From an uncultured Chloroflexia bacterium (GTDB taxonomy: Bacteria; Chloroflexota; Limnocylindria; QHBO01): DNA of 64,000 nucleotides. The notes under the pieces were generated by a model, which was not told the origin of the DNA, did not search any database, and saw only the letters and a list, made by a program, of their open reading frames with translations. The stretch spans positions 328,317 to 392,316 of the forward strand of contig CAWDTM010000008.1 of the NCBI GenBank assembly GCA_963805305.1, written 5' to 3'. This document shows, one piece after another, positions 30,615-41,882 of this stretch. The translations under genes and the position numbers were made by a program. The first letter of the stretch is position 1; each line of letters opens with the position of its first letter.

Positions 30615-31447
30615 GCCGAGGCTCCCGGCGATCGACGCGGGCGCCCGTGTTGATCGTTGCTGCGGCGATGCTGCTGGGAGCGTGCGCGGCACCGGGCTCG
30701 CAGACCTCGATCGAGCCGGGCAGCACCCCTTCCGTGGCCATCTCGCCCAACGCGTCGACCGCGACCGGCGTGCCAGTCTTCATGGAGAGCGTGGTCCCAC
30801 CCGCACCCGGGCCGGTCAAGCCGTTCCGCGGCGAGATGGATCAGCAGGTCTTCATCGTGGACGGCAGGATCAGCATGTTCTTCGAGCTCAAGAACGTGGG
30901 GGAGGAGCCGGTCACCTTCCTGAACACGCTCTACGACTATGAGCCGACGCAGCTCTACACGCCTGCGGTGCGGCTCGAGTGGAAGCAGGGCGGGAACGCG
31001 GTGTACACGCGCGCCGGCCGGTTCTTTCCGAGTCCCGCCATTGTTCAGCCCGGGACGTCCGCGGTGTACATCATGGGTGGCCAGCCGGTGACCGGCGCCG
31101 GCACGCCGGCCGACCTGGTGACCCACATCAAGTACTGCCCCACCCGCGGAATGGACGACGTGCCGGGAATCCCGTTGGCGATCTCCGATCTGGCCTGGAC
31201 CGCCGACGGGGCGGACTCGGTCACGGTGAGCGGAACGCTCTCCGAGACGACGGGCACGCAACGCAACAAGCCCCCAACCGTTGGCGTGGCCTTCTTCGAC
31301 GCCAGCGACCATCTCGTCGGGGCGGTGGTCTCGACGGCGGGTGGCGGACCGGTGCCCGCCAACGGCAGGCAGGCGTTCTCGCTCTCGGGGTCCGGCATCG
31401 ACGCTCAGGCCATCGCGCGCGCGCAGGCCTACGCCTTCATCCCGTGA
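30611..31447 (+). CDS. Hypothetical lipoprotein co-transcribed with the sigma/anti-sigma pair
   Basis: GTG start overlaps the anti-sigma stop. Signal peptide with lipobox (VLIVAAAMLLGAC). No recognisable domain. Confidence 0.55.
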   Translation: MSRGSRRSTRAPVLIVAAAMLLGACAAPGSQTSIEPGSTPSVAISPNASTATGVPVFMESVVPPAPGPVKPFRGEMDQQVFIVDGRISMFFELKNVGEEPVTFLNTLYDYEPTQLYTPAVRLEWKQGGNAVYTRAGRFFPSPAIVQPGTSAVYIMGGQPVTGAGTPADLVTHIKYCPTRGMDDVPGIPLAISDLAWTADGADSVTVSGTLSETTGTQRNKPPTVGVAFFDASDHLVGAVVSTAGGGPVPANGRQAFSLSGSGIDAQAIARAQAYAFIP

Positions 31448-31834
31448 GCGCAGGAGCAACCCGTCCGGGTTCCGATTGAACCTTTCCGCCAGGGCCCGGG
31501 TAGCACTTGTGACCCGCCTCAGCGACTGGAGCGCTGATGCTTTCTTGACGTTACCTTATGCTCCGGACAATCATTGGCAGGCCCTACGCCCGGCGGGGCG
31601 CCTGCTGGCGCCTGCGTTCATGTCTTCGGAGCTGCCTTCGGGGCAGGGCCGGGCGCTATCGGACGGGTTGGGCGCTTCGCAGGTAGGAGAGGAGGTCACA
31701 CCGCGATCATCGCGCTGACGTCATGACGACGGTCGTCCGCGGACGCCCCTGACGGCGCGCGTGGCGGATTGAACCGATCCCGCCGCTCCTCGCGGCGGTC
31801 CCTTTGACGCCGTACCGGCGAAAGGACGAGGTGT

Positions 31835-33547
31835 ATGTGGATTAAGAAGAGCTTTGGAGTCCTGGTCGCGTTGATGATCGTGCTCGCGGCGTGCAGCACG
31901 AACAACAACAGCGGGGGATCGAGCCAGTCATCGGCGCCTTCGGCGACGGCGACGACGGCGATGGATCCCAACCAGGTGCTCCACGTTGACATGGGCGGCG
32001 AGCCGCCGTCGCAGGACCCGACCCAGGCGACCGACAGCGCGTCGATCACCGTCCTGCGCAACACGACCGCCACGCTTGTCTACTTCGACAAGCAGCTCAA
32101 CGTCATCCCGTGGCTGGCTTCCAGCTGGGACATCAGCCCTGACGGGCAGACCATCACCTTCCACCTGCGAGACAACATCAAGTACTCCAACGGCGATCCG
32201 ATCGTCGCTGGCGACTTCGTCTACAGCTGGAAGCGCCTGATCGATCCGCGCAACGCCGCGGGCTACAGCTACATCATGGCCGACGTCGTCGAGGGCTCTG
32301 AGCTGCTCGGCGTGGACGTCAAGACCACCTCGGATGCCGATATCAACGCCATGCTCGACAAGTTCGGCGTCTCGGCACCCGACGACAAGACCTTCGTGGT
32401 CAAGCTCGCCCATCCCGCCGCCTACTTCGTCTACATCGCGACCCTGTACGGCACCGTGCCGCTCGAGAAGAAGTGGGTCGAGACCAAGGACTTCACCGAG
32501 GCCGCCAACTGGGTCGGCTCGGGTCCCATGACGCTCAAGGACTGGCAGCACAACTCGAAGATCGTGCTGGTTCCGAACCCGAACTGGAATCCGGACATCA
32601 GCAAGGACTTCGGTGGGGCACCGACCATCAAGGAAGTCGACTACGCCATGATCACGGATCCGTCCGCGAGCCTGGCGGCCTACGAGGCGAATGAGCTCGA
32701 CATCGCGGGTGTTCCCTCCCAGGAGGTCTCCCGCATCCAGAACGACCCGACGCTGAGCCAGCAGGTGCTTTCCGGAGCGACCCTCTCGATCACCTACTTC
32801 GGCTTCGACGTCAAGCAGGCGAAGAGCCCGTTCACCAAGAGCATCAAGCTCCGACAGGCCTTCAACGAGGCGATCGACAAGAAGACCATGATGGCGACCG
32901 CGTTCAGCGGCATCGGCGTCGTGGCCGACTCGCTCGTCCCGCCGGGCATGCCGGGCCACCAGGACACGGTCTTCTATCCGTTTGACCTGACCAAGGCCAA
33001 GGCCGACTTCGATGCCGGCCTGCAGGAAGCGGGCGTCGCAAGTGCCAGCGACCTCAAGCTCCAGATCGGGTACAACACCGGCGCCAACTGGGAGAACAAG
33101 GTCGACTTCATGGTCGAAGCCTGGCGGACCGCCTTCGGCGTCTCCGTCGAGCCCGTCGGCCTGGAGTGGGGTGCGTATCTCGACCGGCTGTCGAAGGACC
33201 CGTTCACGATCTTCCGTCTCGGATGGGGCGCGGACTACCCGCACCCGAACAACTTCCTGACGGACCTGATCAGCTGCACGTCGGCGAACAACAACATGGG
33301 CTACTGCAACAAGGACGTTGATGCGCTCCTGGCGCAGGCAGCCACCAAGTCGACGCTCGACGAGCAGGTTCCCCTGTACAACCAGGCGCAGGAGATGGTC
33401 ATGGCCGATGCCCCGATCATCCCGGTCCGCTTCGGACAGCGCTTCGGTCTCATCAAGCCGTGGGTCCAGAACCTGAACCCGACGGCGCAGGACTCCCAGA
33501 TCTCTGGTGAGAACTTCTTCGCCTGGGTGAGCATCGCCGCCCACTGA
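31835..33547 (+). CDS. ABC transporter substrate-binding lipoprotein, family 5 (Opp/Dpp/Nik type)
   Basis: Lipobox LAAC, Ser/Asn-rich linker, and SBP_bac_5-like body (LVYFDKQLNVIPWLASSWDISPDGQTITFHLRDNIKYSNGDP). Confidence 0.85.
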   Translation: MWIKKSFGVLVALMIVLAACSTNNNSGGSSQSSAPSATATTAMDPNQVLHVDMGGEPPSQDPTQATDSASITVLRNTTATLVYFDKQLNVIPWLASSWDISPDGQTITFHLRDNIKYSNGDPIVAGDFVYSWKRLIDPRNAAGYSYIMADVVEGSELLGVDVKTTSDADINAMLDKFGVSAPDDKTFVVKLAHPAAYFVYIATLYGTVPLEKKWVETKDFTEAANWVGSGPMTLKDWQHNSKIVLVPNPNWNPDISKDFGGAPTIKEVDYAMITDPSASLAAYEANELDIAGVPSQEVSRIQNDPTLSQQVLSGATLSITYFGFDVKQAKSPFTKSIKLRQAFNEAIDKKTMMATAFSGIGVVADSLVPPGMPGHQDTVFYPFDLTKAKADFDAGLQEAGVASASDLKLQIGYNTGANWENKVDFMVEAWRTAFGVSVEPVGLEWGAYLDRLSKDPFTIFRLGWGADYPHPNNFLTDLISCTSANNNMGYCNKDVDALLAQAATKSTLDEQVPLYNQAQEMVMADAPIIPVRFGQRFGLIKPWVQNLNPTAQDSQISGENFFAWVSIAAH

Positions 33548-33691
33548 GGAAGGACGGACCCCGCTGAGGGGTCAAGCCACGAGTCGGGTGGACCGGTCCG
33601 CCGGTCCACCCGACGGCCACAGCCGCCGCGAGCGCCTTGCGACGTCTGTGGCCGTCGGATACACGGGAACCCCCAGGCATAGGAGAGCAAC

Positions 33692-34609
33692 GTGGTCGGC
33701 TACATCATCCGGCGAGTGCTTTGGATCATCCCGGTCCTGTTCGTTGTGTCGGTGATCACCTTCACCCTCATGCACGCGGCGCCGGGTGGCCCGTGGGCGC
33801 GCGAGAAGAAGCTGCCGCAGGCGACCATCGACCATCTCAACGAGAAGTACGGGCTGGACGACCCGATCCCGGTCCAGTACCTGCGCTGGGTAGGTGGCCT
33901 CGTGACCGGCGACCTCGGCCCCTCGTACAAGTACCTGGATCGCAGCGTGAACGACATCGTGGCCGACGGTATCGGGATCACGACCCAGCTCGGACTCCAG
34001 GCGTTCCTGCTCTCCGTCATCGTCGGGATACCTCTGGGGGTGATCGCGGCGTTACGCCACAACGGCTGGCCCGATTACGTGGCCACCTTCATCAGCGTGC
34101 TCGGGATCTGCACGCCGAGCTTCGTGGGCGCCATCCTCCTGCTCGTGATCTTCAGCGTGACCCTGCGCTGGTTCCCGACCTTCGGCTGGACCGATCCATC
34201 GCACTGGGTGCTGCCCACGGTTGCCCTGGCGTTGCTCCCCATTGCCCAGATCGCGCGCTACACGCGGGCGAGCATGCTCGAGGTCACCCGGAAGGACTAC
34301 GTCCGGACGGCGCAGAGCAAGGGTCTCAAGGAGCGGACCGTGGTCATCGTCCACATGATCCGCAACGCGCTGATCCCGGTGATCACCATCCTGGGGCCAA
34401 TCCTGGCCTTCCTGATCACCGGCAGCTTCATCATCGAGACCATCTTCTCGATCCCGGGCATTGGCAAGTACTACGTCACCAGCATCGGCCAGCGTGACTA
34501 CGGGGTCATCATGGCCATGACCATGCTGTACGCTGCGGCGATCGCGGTCATGAACCTGGTCGTGGACGTCCTGTACGCCTACATCGACCCGCGGATCCGG
34601 TACAGCTAG
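33692..34609 (+). CDS. ABC transporter permease (OppB/DppB-like)
   Basis: Six-TM BPD_transp_1 permease with an EAA-like loop (YVRTAQSKGLKERTVVIVHMIRNALIP). Confidence 0.85.
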   Translation: MVGYIIRRVLWIIPVLFVVSVITFTLMHAAPGGPWAREKKLPQATIDHLNEKYGLDDPIPVQYLRWVGGLVTGDLGPSYKYLDRSVNDIVADGIGITTQLGLQAFLLSVIVGIPLGVIAALRHNGWPDYVATFISVLGICTPSFVGAILLLVIFSVTLRWFPTFGWTDPSHWVLPTVALALLPIAQIARYTRASMLEVTRKDYVRTAQSKGLKERTVVIVHMIRNALIPVITILGPILAFLITGSFIIETIFSIPGIGKYYVTSIGQRDYGVIMAMTMLYAAAIAVMNLVVDVLYAYIDPRIRYS

Positions 34610-34623
34610 GAGGCCCGGGAGCA

Positions 34624-35568
34624 ATGGCAAACCAGACGCAGGCCCTCGAGGCCCCCGGCGCCCTCACCAGCAAGCCAGCGAGCCTGTGGGGCGACGCGTG
34701 GGGACGGCTCCGGAAGAACAAGCTCGCGCTGATCGGCGGGTTCGTGGTGCTGTTCCTGCTGTTCATCGCCATCTTCGGGCCGTACCTGACGCCGTATGAC
34801 TACCGGACCCAGGACTTCACGAGCCTCGCGAAGAACAACTACCAGGTGATCCCGCCGTTCAAGCTCGGCCATCTCCTGGGCACCGACGAGCTGGGCCGTG
34901 ATCTCCTGAGCCGCCTCATGGACGGGGCGCGGATCAGCATGACGGTGGCGGTCGTGGTCCAGATCGTGGTGCTCCTCATCGGGCTCCCCGTCGGCGCCGC
35001 CGCCGGCTGGTTCGGCGGCCGGGTCGATACCGCGCTCATGCGCTTCACCGATGTCGTCTACGCCTTCCCGGACCTGCTCTTCATCATCCTCCTGTCGGTC
35101 TCCTTCCGCGAGACCTTCTTCGGTAAGGCGATGGATGGGTTGCTCCTGGTGTTCGTGGCCATCGGCCTGGTGAGCTGGGTGACCATGGCGCGGCTCGTCC
35201 GCGGCCAGCTCCTCTCCCTCAAGGAACAGGAGTACGTGGAGGCGGCCAAGGCCATCGGGGTCAGCGACTTCAGGATCGTGAGCCGGCACCTGCTGCCCAA
35301 TGCCATCGGGCCGGTCATCGTGGCGGTCACCCTGGGCATCCCGGGGGCGATCCTGGCGGAGGCGACCCTGGCCTTCATCGGCATCGGCGTCCAGGCCCCG
35401 CGCGCCTCGTGGGGCAGCCTGGTCGCTGCGGGAGAGGCGTACATCCGCTCGCAGCCGCACCTGGTCGTGTTCCCGGCCATCGCCATTGCCCTTGCCCTGG
35501 TGAGCTTCACCTTCCTGGGCGATGGCCTGCGCGATGCACTCGATCCCAAGCTGAAGGGAAAGCAGTAA
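34624..35568 (+). CDS. ABC transporter permease (OppC/DppC-like)
   Basis: Permease with the N-terminal OppC-type extension and an EAA loop (YVEAAKAIGVSDFRIVSRHLLPNAIGP). Confidence 0.85.
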   Translation: MANQTQALEAPGALTSKPASLWGDAWGRLRKNKLALIGGFVVLFLLFIAIFGPYLTPYDYRTQDFTSLAKNNYQVIPPFKLGHLLGTDELGRDLLSRLMDGARISMTVAVVVQIVVLLIGLPVGAAAGWFGGRVDTALMRFTDVVYAFPDLLFIILLSVSFRETFFGKAMDGLLLVFVAIGLVSWVTMARLVRGQLLSLKEQEYVEAAKAIGVSDFRIVSRHLLPNAIGPVIVAVTLGIPGAILAEATLAFIGIGVQAPRASWGSLVAAGEAYIRSQPHLVVFPAIAIALALVSFTFLGDGLRDALDPKLKGKQ

Positions 35569-35569
35569 C

Positions 35570-36685
35570 TTGACCGTGTCTGACGATCAGAGCCGGGCGG
35601 GCAGCCCGGTCCTCACCGAGCTGCCCGAAGACGTCAGCGTCGAGACCGAGGAGGGACGTCGCCTGGCGGAGTCGCTCCAGGACAGCCGTCGGCATGCCCG
35701 CAAGCTCCTGGAGGTCCGCAACCTCTCGACGCAGTTCTTCACACGGGACGGCACCGTGCACGCCGTGGACGAGGTCAGCTTCGAGCTCGACTACGGCGAG
35801 ACCCTAGGTATCGTCGGCGAGTCCGGCTGCGGGAAGAGCGTCACGGCCCTCTCCCTGACCCGTCTCGTGCCGAACCCGCCCGGCAAGATCGTGTCCGGCG
35901 AGATCATCCTCGACGGGATCAACATCCTCAAGCTCTCCAACGAGGAGATGCGCCGGCTGCGCGGCAAGAAGATCGGCTTCATCTTCCAGGACCCCATGAC
36001 CAGCCTGAACCCGACCCTCACGATCGGGTTCCAGATCGCCGAGTCGGCACGTGTCCACCTGGACCTGTCGAAGAAGGCGGCGGACGATCGCGCCGTGGAG
36101 CTGCTCAGCAAGGTGGGCATCCCGAGGGCTCGCGACCGCATGCGCGACTACCCGCACCAGTTCTCGGGCGGCATGCGGCAGCGGGTGATGATCGCCATCG
36201 CCCTGGCCTGCGACCCCATGCTCCTGCTCGCGGACGAGCCCACCACGGCGCTGGATGTGACGATCCAGGCCCAGATCCTGGAGCTCATCAAGTCGCTCTC
36301 TTCGGAGTTCGGGACCGCGGTGATCCTCATCACCCACGACCTGGGGATCGCAGCCGGCATGTGCAACCGGATCAACGTCATGTACGCCGGGCGGATCGTG
36401 GAGACCGGCGAGGTGGACGACATCTTCGAGAAGCCGCGAATGCCGTACGCCTGGGGCCTCCTGGAGTCGCTGCCGCGCCTCGACGAGGAGAAGCACGCTC
36501 GACTGCGGACGATCGAAGGGCTGCCTCCCGACCTCATCAACCCCGGGCCGGAATGCCGCTTCTCACCCCGCTGTCGCTACGCGCGCGACACGTGCCGGGA
36601 GCGCGAGCCGGCGCTCTCGGAGCGCGAGGGCGCAGGCCACCTGGCCCGCTGCTTCGGCACGGAGCCCGGGGGGTGGATCCAGTGA
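35570..36685 (+). CDS. ABC transporter ATP-binding protein (OppD-like)
   Basis: Walker A GESGCGKS, signature FSGGMRQR, Walker [13 protein letters not shown], and an oligopeptide C-terminal domain. Confidence 0.85.
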   Translation: MTVSDDQSRAGSPVLTELPEDVSVETEEGRRLAESLQDSRRHARKLLEVRNLSTQFFTRDGTVHAVDEVSFELDYGETLGIVGESGCGKSVTALSLTRLVPNPPGKIVSGEIILDGINILKLSNEEMRRLRGKKIGFIFQDPMTSLNPTLTIGFQIAESARVHLDLSKKAADDRAVELLSKVGIPRARDRMRDYPHQFSGGMRQRVMIAIALACDPMLLLADEPTTALDVTIQAQILELIKSLSSEFGTAVILITHDLGIAAGMCNRINVMYAGRIVETGEVDDIFEKPRMPYAWGLLESLPRLDEEKHARLRTIEGLPPDLINPGPECRFSPRCRYARDTCREREPALSEREGAGHLARCFGTEPGGWIQ

Positions 36686-37878
36686 CGGCGAACGCCACGG
36701 GCGACCACGAGAACCTGGTCGAGGTCGAGAACCTCAAGGTCCACTTCCCGATCACTGCGGGAATCTTCCAGCGCGAGATCGGCCGGGTGCGGGCGGTGGA
36801 CGACATCAGCTTCGAGATCCGCAAGGGCGAGACGTTCGGCCTCGTGGGGGAGTCCGGTTGCGGGAAGAGCACCACCGGCCGGGCCGTGATCCGGCTGCGC
36901 AACCCGACCGAAGGGACGGTTCGCTTCGACGGCCGGGACCTGATCACGCTGAACCGCAACGAGCTGCGCGCCATGCGTCGCCGAATGCAGATCATCTTCC
37001 AGGACCCGTACTCGAGCCTCAATCCGCGCATGACGGTCGGCTCGATCATCTCCGAGCCCATCGAGACCCACAACCTGGTGCCGGCCAAGGGCCGCAGCGA
37101 CCGGGTCAAGGAGCTGCTGCGGCTCGTGGGTCTCAACCCGAACTACACGAACCGGTACCCGCACGAGTTCTCGGGTGGCCAGCGCCAGCGCATTGGGGTG
37201 GCCCGTGCCCTCGCGGTGGAGCCGGAGTTCATCGTCTGCGACGAGCCGATCTCGGCGCTCGACGTCTCGATCCAGGCGCAGGTGCTGAACCTGCTGATCG
37301 AGCTGCGCGAGCAGTTCGGCCTCACGTACCTGTTCATCGCCCATGACCTTTCGGTGGTCCGGCACATCAGCGATCGGGTGGGGGTGATGTACCTGGGCAA
37401 GCTGGTCGAGATCGGCCCGCCCAGCCGGATCTACGAGACGCCGGCTCACCCGTACACCCGCGCGCTCCTCTCGGCGGTCCCCATCCCCGACCCGAAGGCC
37501 GAGCGACGCCGAAAGCGGGTGATCCTCACCGGTGACGTCCCGTCGCCGGCCAATCCTCCGAGCGGATGCCGTTTCCACACCCGCTGCTGGCTCTACGAAC
37601 GGCTGGGACGCCCCGAGAACTGCCGCACCGATGACCCGGAGCTGCGGATGGTGGGCGGCGACCATCGGGCTGCGTGCCACTATGCAGAGGAAGCGCTCAA
37701 GAGCGACGTGGGCGTGGCCCAGGTCGTGGTCGGATCGCCGGTCCCGGAGCTCAATGCGACCGCTGCGGCCATGGCCGCGCGGGAAGCATCGGACCGTGAC
37801 GACGCTGGACGAACAAGCGGAAGGCAGGCTGCTGCGGAGCCCGCCGAACCGGAGCCCTCGCGAACGGGAGAGGAGTAG
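36682..37878 (+). CDS. ABC transporter ATP-binding protein (OppF-like)
   Basis: [27 protein letters not shown] and [11 protein letters not shown] are present. GTG start overlaps the upstream stop. Confidence 0.85.
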   Translation: MTANATGDHENLVEVENLKVHFPITAGIFQREIGRVRAVDDISFEIRKGETFGLVGESGCGKSTTGRAVIRLRNPTEGTVRFDGRDLITLNRNELRAMRRRMQIIFQDPYSSLNPRMTVGSIISEPIETHNLVPAKGRSDRVKELLRLVGLNPNYTNRYPHEFSGGQRQRIGVARALAVEPEFIVCDEPISALDVSIQAQVLNLLIELREQFGLTYLFIAHDLSVVRHISDRVGVMYLGKLVEIGPPSRIYETPAHPYTRALLSAVPIPDPKAERRRKRVILTGDVPSPANPPSGCRFHTRCWLYERLGRPENCRTDDPELRMVGGDHRAACHYAEEALKSDVGVAQVVVGSPVPELNATAAAMAAREASDRDDAGRTSGRQAAAEPAEPEPSRTGEE

Positions 37879-38015
37879 CGCGCAGCAGGGGATATCGGTG
37901 GGTGGCAGGCACTGGTAAGGTGGCCACCCCAATTGACGTCAGGCGTCGAAGGCGCGGCTCGATCCACGGCCGGCGCGACGAGGAAACTTCGAATCGATTA
38001 GCGGAGGGTTACCGA

Positions 38016-39752
38016 ATGCGGAAATGGAGATCGTTCTCCATGGTCATCGCTCTCGGCCTCGTCCTCGCCGCCTGCGGCGGGACCGGCCAGAGCGCATCAC
38101 CATCGACACAGGCGAGCGCATCCGAGCCGGCGATGAGCGAGACGCCGTTCTCGGCAATGAGCTATCCGGAGACGGCGGTCGATTGCACGGCCAATGGCTA
38201 CACCGGGGAGTTCAAGCAGATCAAGTCGCTCGACGCGAACACCGTCGAGTTCGACCTGTGCTACCCGGACGGCTCGTTCCTGTCCAAGGTCGCCTTCACG
38301 GCGTTCCAGATCCAGGACTCGGACTACCTGAACCAGGCCATGGCCAACCACCTGATTCTGGCCAAGCCGGTCGGGACCGGTCCGTACATGCTGGAGAGCT
38401 GGTCGCGTGGTGACAGCATCACGCTGGTCGCCAACCCCAACTACACCGGCGACAACGCGCCCAAGGTCAACAAGGTCGTCTTCAAGTGGAGCGACCAGGC
38501 GGCACAGCGGCTCGTCGAGCTGCAGTCGGGCACGGTCGACGGCATCGATAACCCCGGCACCGATGACATCGCCGCCATCAAGGCCGATTCGAACCTCGCG
38601 CTCTACGCGCGCGCCGGCCTGAACGTCTTCTACCTGGGGATGAACAACAACCCCAAGGTCACCGGCTTCGACAACAGCAAGAACCCGTTCAAGAACGAGA
38701 AGGTTCGCCAGGCGCTGGCGATGGGTATCGACCGGCAGCGGATCGTGACCAACTTCTACCCCGAGGGTTCGACGGTCGCCGACTACTTCACGCCATGCGA
38801 GATCAAGTACGGCTGCGTGGGTGACAAGTGGTACGACTTTAACGCGGCGCAGGCGAAGCAGCTGCTCACCGACGCCGGCTATCCGAACGGCTTCAGCACC
38901 ACGATCGCGCTGCGCGACGTGGTCCGTGGCTACCTCCCGGATCCGACCTCCGTCGCCCAGGAGATCCAGACCCAGCTGAAGAACAACCTGAACATCTCCG
39001 CCACGATCGACGTGCAGGAGTCGGGGGCCTTCCTCGACAACGCGAGCGCCGGCCTGCTGACCGGCCTGCACATGCTGGGCTGGGGAGCGGACTATCCCGA
39101 CCAGACCGACTTCGTGGACTATCACTTCGGGCAGGGCGCATCAGATCAGTTCGGTGACAAGTTCCCCGACCTGGTCGACGCCATCAAGAAGGGCGCCCAG
39201 TCGTCCGACGATGCGACCCGGCAGGCCGCCTACGTCGACGTCAACAACCTGATCAAGCAGCACGTTCCGATGATCCCGATCGCGCACGGCGCCTCAGCGA
39301 CGGCCTTCCAGGCCGACGTCGAGGGCGCGTACGCGGCCCCGCTCACCGACGAGCGCTTCTACGTCATGAAGCCGGGTGACCGGGACCAGCTGGTGTGGAT
39401 GCAGAACGCCGAGCCGATCAGCCTCTACTGTGGAGACGAGACCGACGGCGAGACCTTCCGTATCTGCGAGCAGATCAACCAGGGCCTGTACACGTACAAG
39501 ATCGGCGGGACCGACCCGATTCCCGAGCTTGCGACGGAGTGCACGGCGAGCACGGACAACCTGACCTGGACCTGCAAGCTCAAGGAGGGCGTCAAGTTCT
39601 CCAACGGCGCCACGTTCGACGCGAACGACGTCGTGAACTCGTACGCCCTGCAGTGGGATCTCAAGAACCCGCTGCACATCGGACGAACGGCGGCTTTCGA
39701 CTACTGGAGCGCCCTGTGGGGTGGCTTCCTGAACGCGGAGCCCGCCTCCTGA
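38016..39752 (+). CDS. Second ABC transporter substrate-binding lipoprotein, family 5
   Basis: GGAGGG RBS. Signal peptide with lipobox LAAC. SBP_bac_5 body. Confidence 0.85.
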   Translation: MRKWRSFSMVIALGLVLAACGGTGQSASPSTQASASEPAMSETPFSAMSYPETAVDCTANGYTGEFKQIKSLDANTVEFDLCYPDGSFLSKVAFTAFQIQDSDYLNQAMANHLILAKPVGTGPYMLESWSRGDSITLVANPNYTGDNAPKVNKVVFKWSDQAAQRLVELQSGTVDGIDNPGTDDIAAIKADSNLALYARAGLNVFYLGMNNNPKVTGFDNSKNPFKNEKVRQALAMGIDRQRIVTNFYPEGSTVADYFTPCEIKYGCVGDKWYDFNAAQAKQLLTDAGYPNGFSTTIALRDVVRGYLPDPTSVAQEIQTQLKNNLNISATIDVQESGAFLDNASAGLLTGLHMLGWGADYPDQTDFVDYHFGQGASDQFGDKFPDLVDAIKKGAQSSDDATRQAAYVDVNNLIKQHVPMIPIAHGASATAFQADVEGAYAAPLTDERFYVMKPGDRDQLVWMQNAEPISLYCGDETDGETFRICEQINQGLYTYKIGGTDPIPELATECTASTDNLTWTCKLKEGVKFSNGATFDANDVVNSYALQWDLKNPLHIGRTAAFDYWSALWGGFLNAEPAS

Positions 39753-39848
39753 GGGGCTACCCGAGTAGTACCCTCTAGCACTGCTCGGAGGGGCGTCGTC
39801 CCGTCGGGACGACGCCCCTCCGCTTTCCAAGCCAGCTGACGACGGGCG

Positions 39849-40925
39849 ATGCTGCGTTTCATCCTTCGACGCCTGCTCCTCGCGATACCCGTTCTGTTCG
39901 GGGTGATCTTCGTTGTCTTCGCCCTGTCCAGGCTGATCCCCGGTGATCCGTGCCGGGCGCAGCTCGGCGAGAAGGCGACCCCGGCCGTGTGCGAGGCGTT
40001 CATCCACCGCTACGGCTTCGACCAGCCGATCCCGGTCCAGTTCGGCGTCTACCTGGGCAACCTGGCGCAGGGCGACTTCGGAACCTCGATCAAGTACGGG
40101 CGACCGGTGACGACCGTCCTCTGGGAGCGGCTGCCGGTGACCGTCGAGCTGACGGTCATGGCTCTCGTCTTTGCCACCATCGTGGGGATCCTGCTGGGCG
40201 TCCTGTCCGCGGCACGACGCAACTCGATCTATGACGTCGTCACGATGCTCTTCGCCAACATCGGCATCTCGATCCCGGTCTTCGTGCTGGGTCTCGTGCT
40301 GGCCTGGCTCTTCGGCGTCGTCCTCCGCGACTCGCCGATCTCGCTGCCGCCATCCGGGCGATTCACGGCCGGGATCGTACCGGTGCCGCTCACGGTGGCC
40401 TGGGGCCTGACCGGCCTGCAGGGTCCGCTGCGCGCGTTCGCGGACTTCGTGTCGAACACCGCGATCCTCAACGCGCTGCTCACCGCGCAGTGGAAGGTCC
40501 TGGGTGACGCCCTGCGGCACATGATCCTGCCCGCCCTGGCACTGGGCACCATTCCACTCGCGATCATCGCGCGCATGACGCGCTCCTCGCTCCTCGACGT
40601 GCTGGGTCTCGACTACATCCGCACAGCCCGCGCGAAGGGGCTCTCCGAGCGCCTGGTGATCCTCCGGCACGGGCTGCGCAATGCGCTCCTGCCGGTGGTG
40701 ACCGTCATCGGCCTCTCCCTGGGCGGCCTGCTGTCGGGCGCCGTCCTGACGGAGACGATCTTCAACCTCGCCGGAGTCGGGCGCACCCTGGTGGACGCCA
40801 TCACCGGCCGTGACTACCCGGTCATCCAGGGCATGACCCTGGTGACGGCGGTCATGTACCTGATCATCAACCTCGTGGTGGACGTGAGCTACGCCTACCT
40901 CGACCCACGCATCAGGCTGAGCTGA
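39849..40925 (+). CDS. ABC transporter permease (OppB-like)
   Basis: Multi-TM permease with an EAA loop (YIRTARAKGLSERLVILRHGLRNALLP). Confidence 0.85.
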   Translation: MLRFILRRLLLAIPVLFGVIFVVFALSRLIPGDPCRAQLGEKATPAVCEAFIHRYGFDQPIPVQFGVYLGNLAQGDFGTSIKYGRPVTTVLWERLPVTVELTVMALVFATIVGILLGVLSAARRNSIYDVVTMLFANIGISIPVFVLGLVLAWLFGVVLRDSPISLPPSGRFTAGIVPVPLTVAWGLTGLQGPLRAFADFVSNTAILNALLTAQWKVLGDALRHMILPALALGTIPLAIIARMTRSSLLDVLGLDYIRTARAKGLSERLVILRHGLRNALLPVVTVIGLSLGGLLSGAVLTETIFNLAGVGRTLVDAITGRDYPVIQGMTLVTAVMYLIINLVVDVSYAYLDPRIRLS

Positions 40926-40928
40926 CCC

Positions 40929-41882
40929 GTGGCCACCAGCACGCCCACCATCGAGCAGGCCGAGGAGCTCCTGAACGCGCGCCCGGCGAACCTGTGGCGC
41001 GACACGCTCCGCAACATCCTTTCCCAGCGTTCCGCCCAGGTGGGCCTGGTGCTGCTGGGGATCGTGGTGGCGATGGCCCTCTTCGCGCCGCTCATCGCGC
41101 CGTACGACCCAATCAAGAGCGTCCTGGATCTCGGGGAGACGCGGATCACGGGGGCCGTTCGCAATGCGCCGCCGTGCATCCACCTGCTCGGATGCTCCGC
41201 GGACAAGGCGGAGCACCTCCTGGGCCTCGACTCGAACCTTCGTGACGAGTTCAGCCGCGTGATCTACGGCTCCCAGATCAGCCTGCGGGTGGGCTTCCTC
41301 ACTGTTGGCCTGGCGATCATCGTGGGCACCATCCTGGGCGCCATCGCTGGTTTCGCCGGTGGCTGGACGGACAACATCATCATGCGCCTGATGGACGTCC
41401 TGCTGGCCTTCCCGGCCCTCGTGCTGGCCATCGCGATCGTCGTGGTCCTCGGACCGGGCCTGATCAACGCCCAGTACGCGATCGCCATCGTCGCCATCCC
41501 GGTCTACGCCCGCGTCATGCGGGCATCGGTCCTGTCCATCAAGGAGCGGGACTTCGTCACCGCGTCGCGAGCGCTGGGCGAGTCGTCCATCGGGATCCTG
41601 TGGCGGCGGATCCTGCCCAATGCCCTGACACCGCTCATCGTGCAGGGCACGCTGGGCATCGCGGGCGCCATCCTCGACGTGGCGGCGCTGTCCTTCATCG
41701 GTCTCGGCGCCCAGTATCCGCAGGCCGAGTGGGGATCCATGATCGGCTCGGCGCGGAACGTGGTCTTCGTCGCGCCGTGGCTGGTGATGGGACCCGGCGC
41801 CATGATCGCGGTCACCGTGCTTGGCTTCAACCTGCTCGGCGACGGACTGCGGGACGCGCTGGACCCGAGGTTGAACCGATGA
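40929..41882 (+). CDS. ABC transporter permease (OppC-like)
   Basis: Permease with EAA loop (FVTASRALGESSIGILWRRILPNALTP). GTG start. Confidence 0.85.
   Translation: MATSTPTIEQAEELLNARPANLWRDTLRNILSQRSAQVGLVLLGIVVAMALFAPLIAPYDPIKSVLDLGETRITGAVRNAPPCIHLLGCSADKAEHLLGLDSNLRDEFSRVIYGSQISLRVGFLTVGLAIIVGTILGAIAGFAGGWTDNIIMRLMDVLLAFPALVLAIAIVVVLGPGLINAQYAIAIVAIPVYARVMRASVLSIKERDFVTASRALGESSIGILWRRILPNALTPLIVQGTLGIAGAILDVAALSFIGLGAQYPQAEWGSMIGSARNVVFVAPWLVMGPGAMIAVTVLGFNLLGDGLRDALDPRLNR

Noticed and set aside
31540-31572. Possible promoter TTGACG...GACAAT upstream of the first Opp operon
   Set aside because: Spacer and -10 quality are poor, so it was not annotated as a feature.
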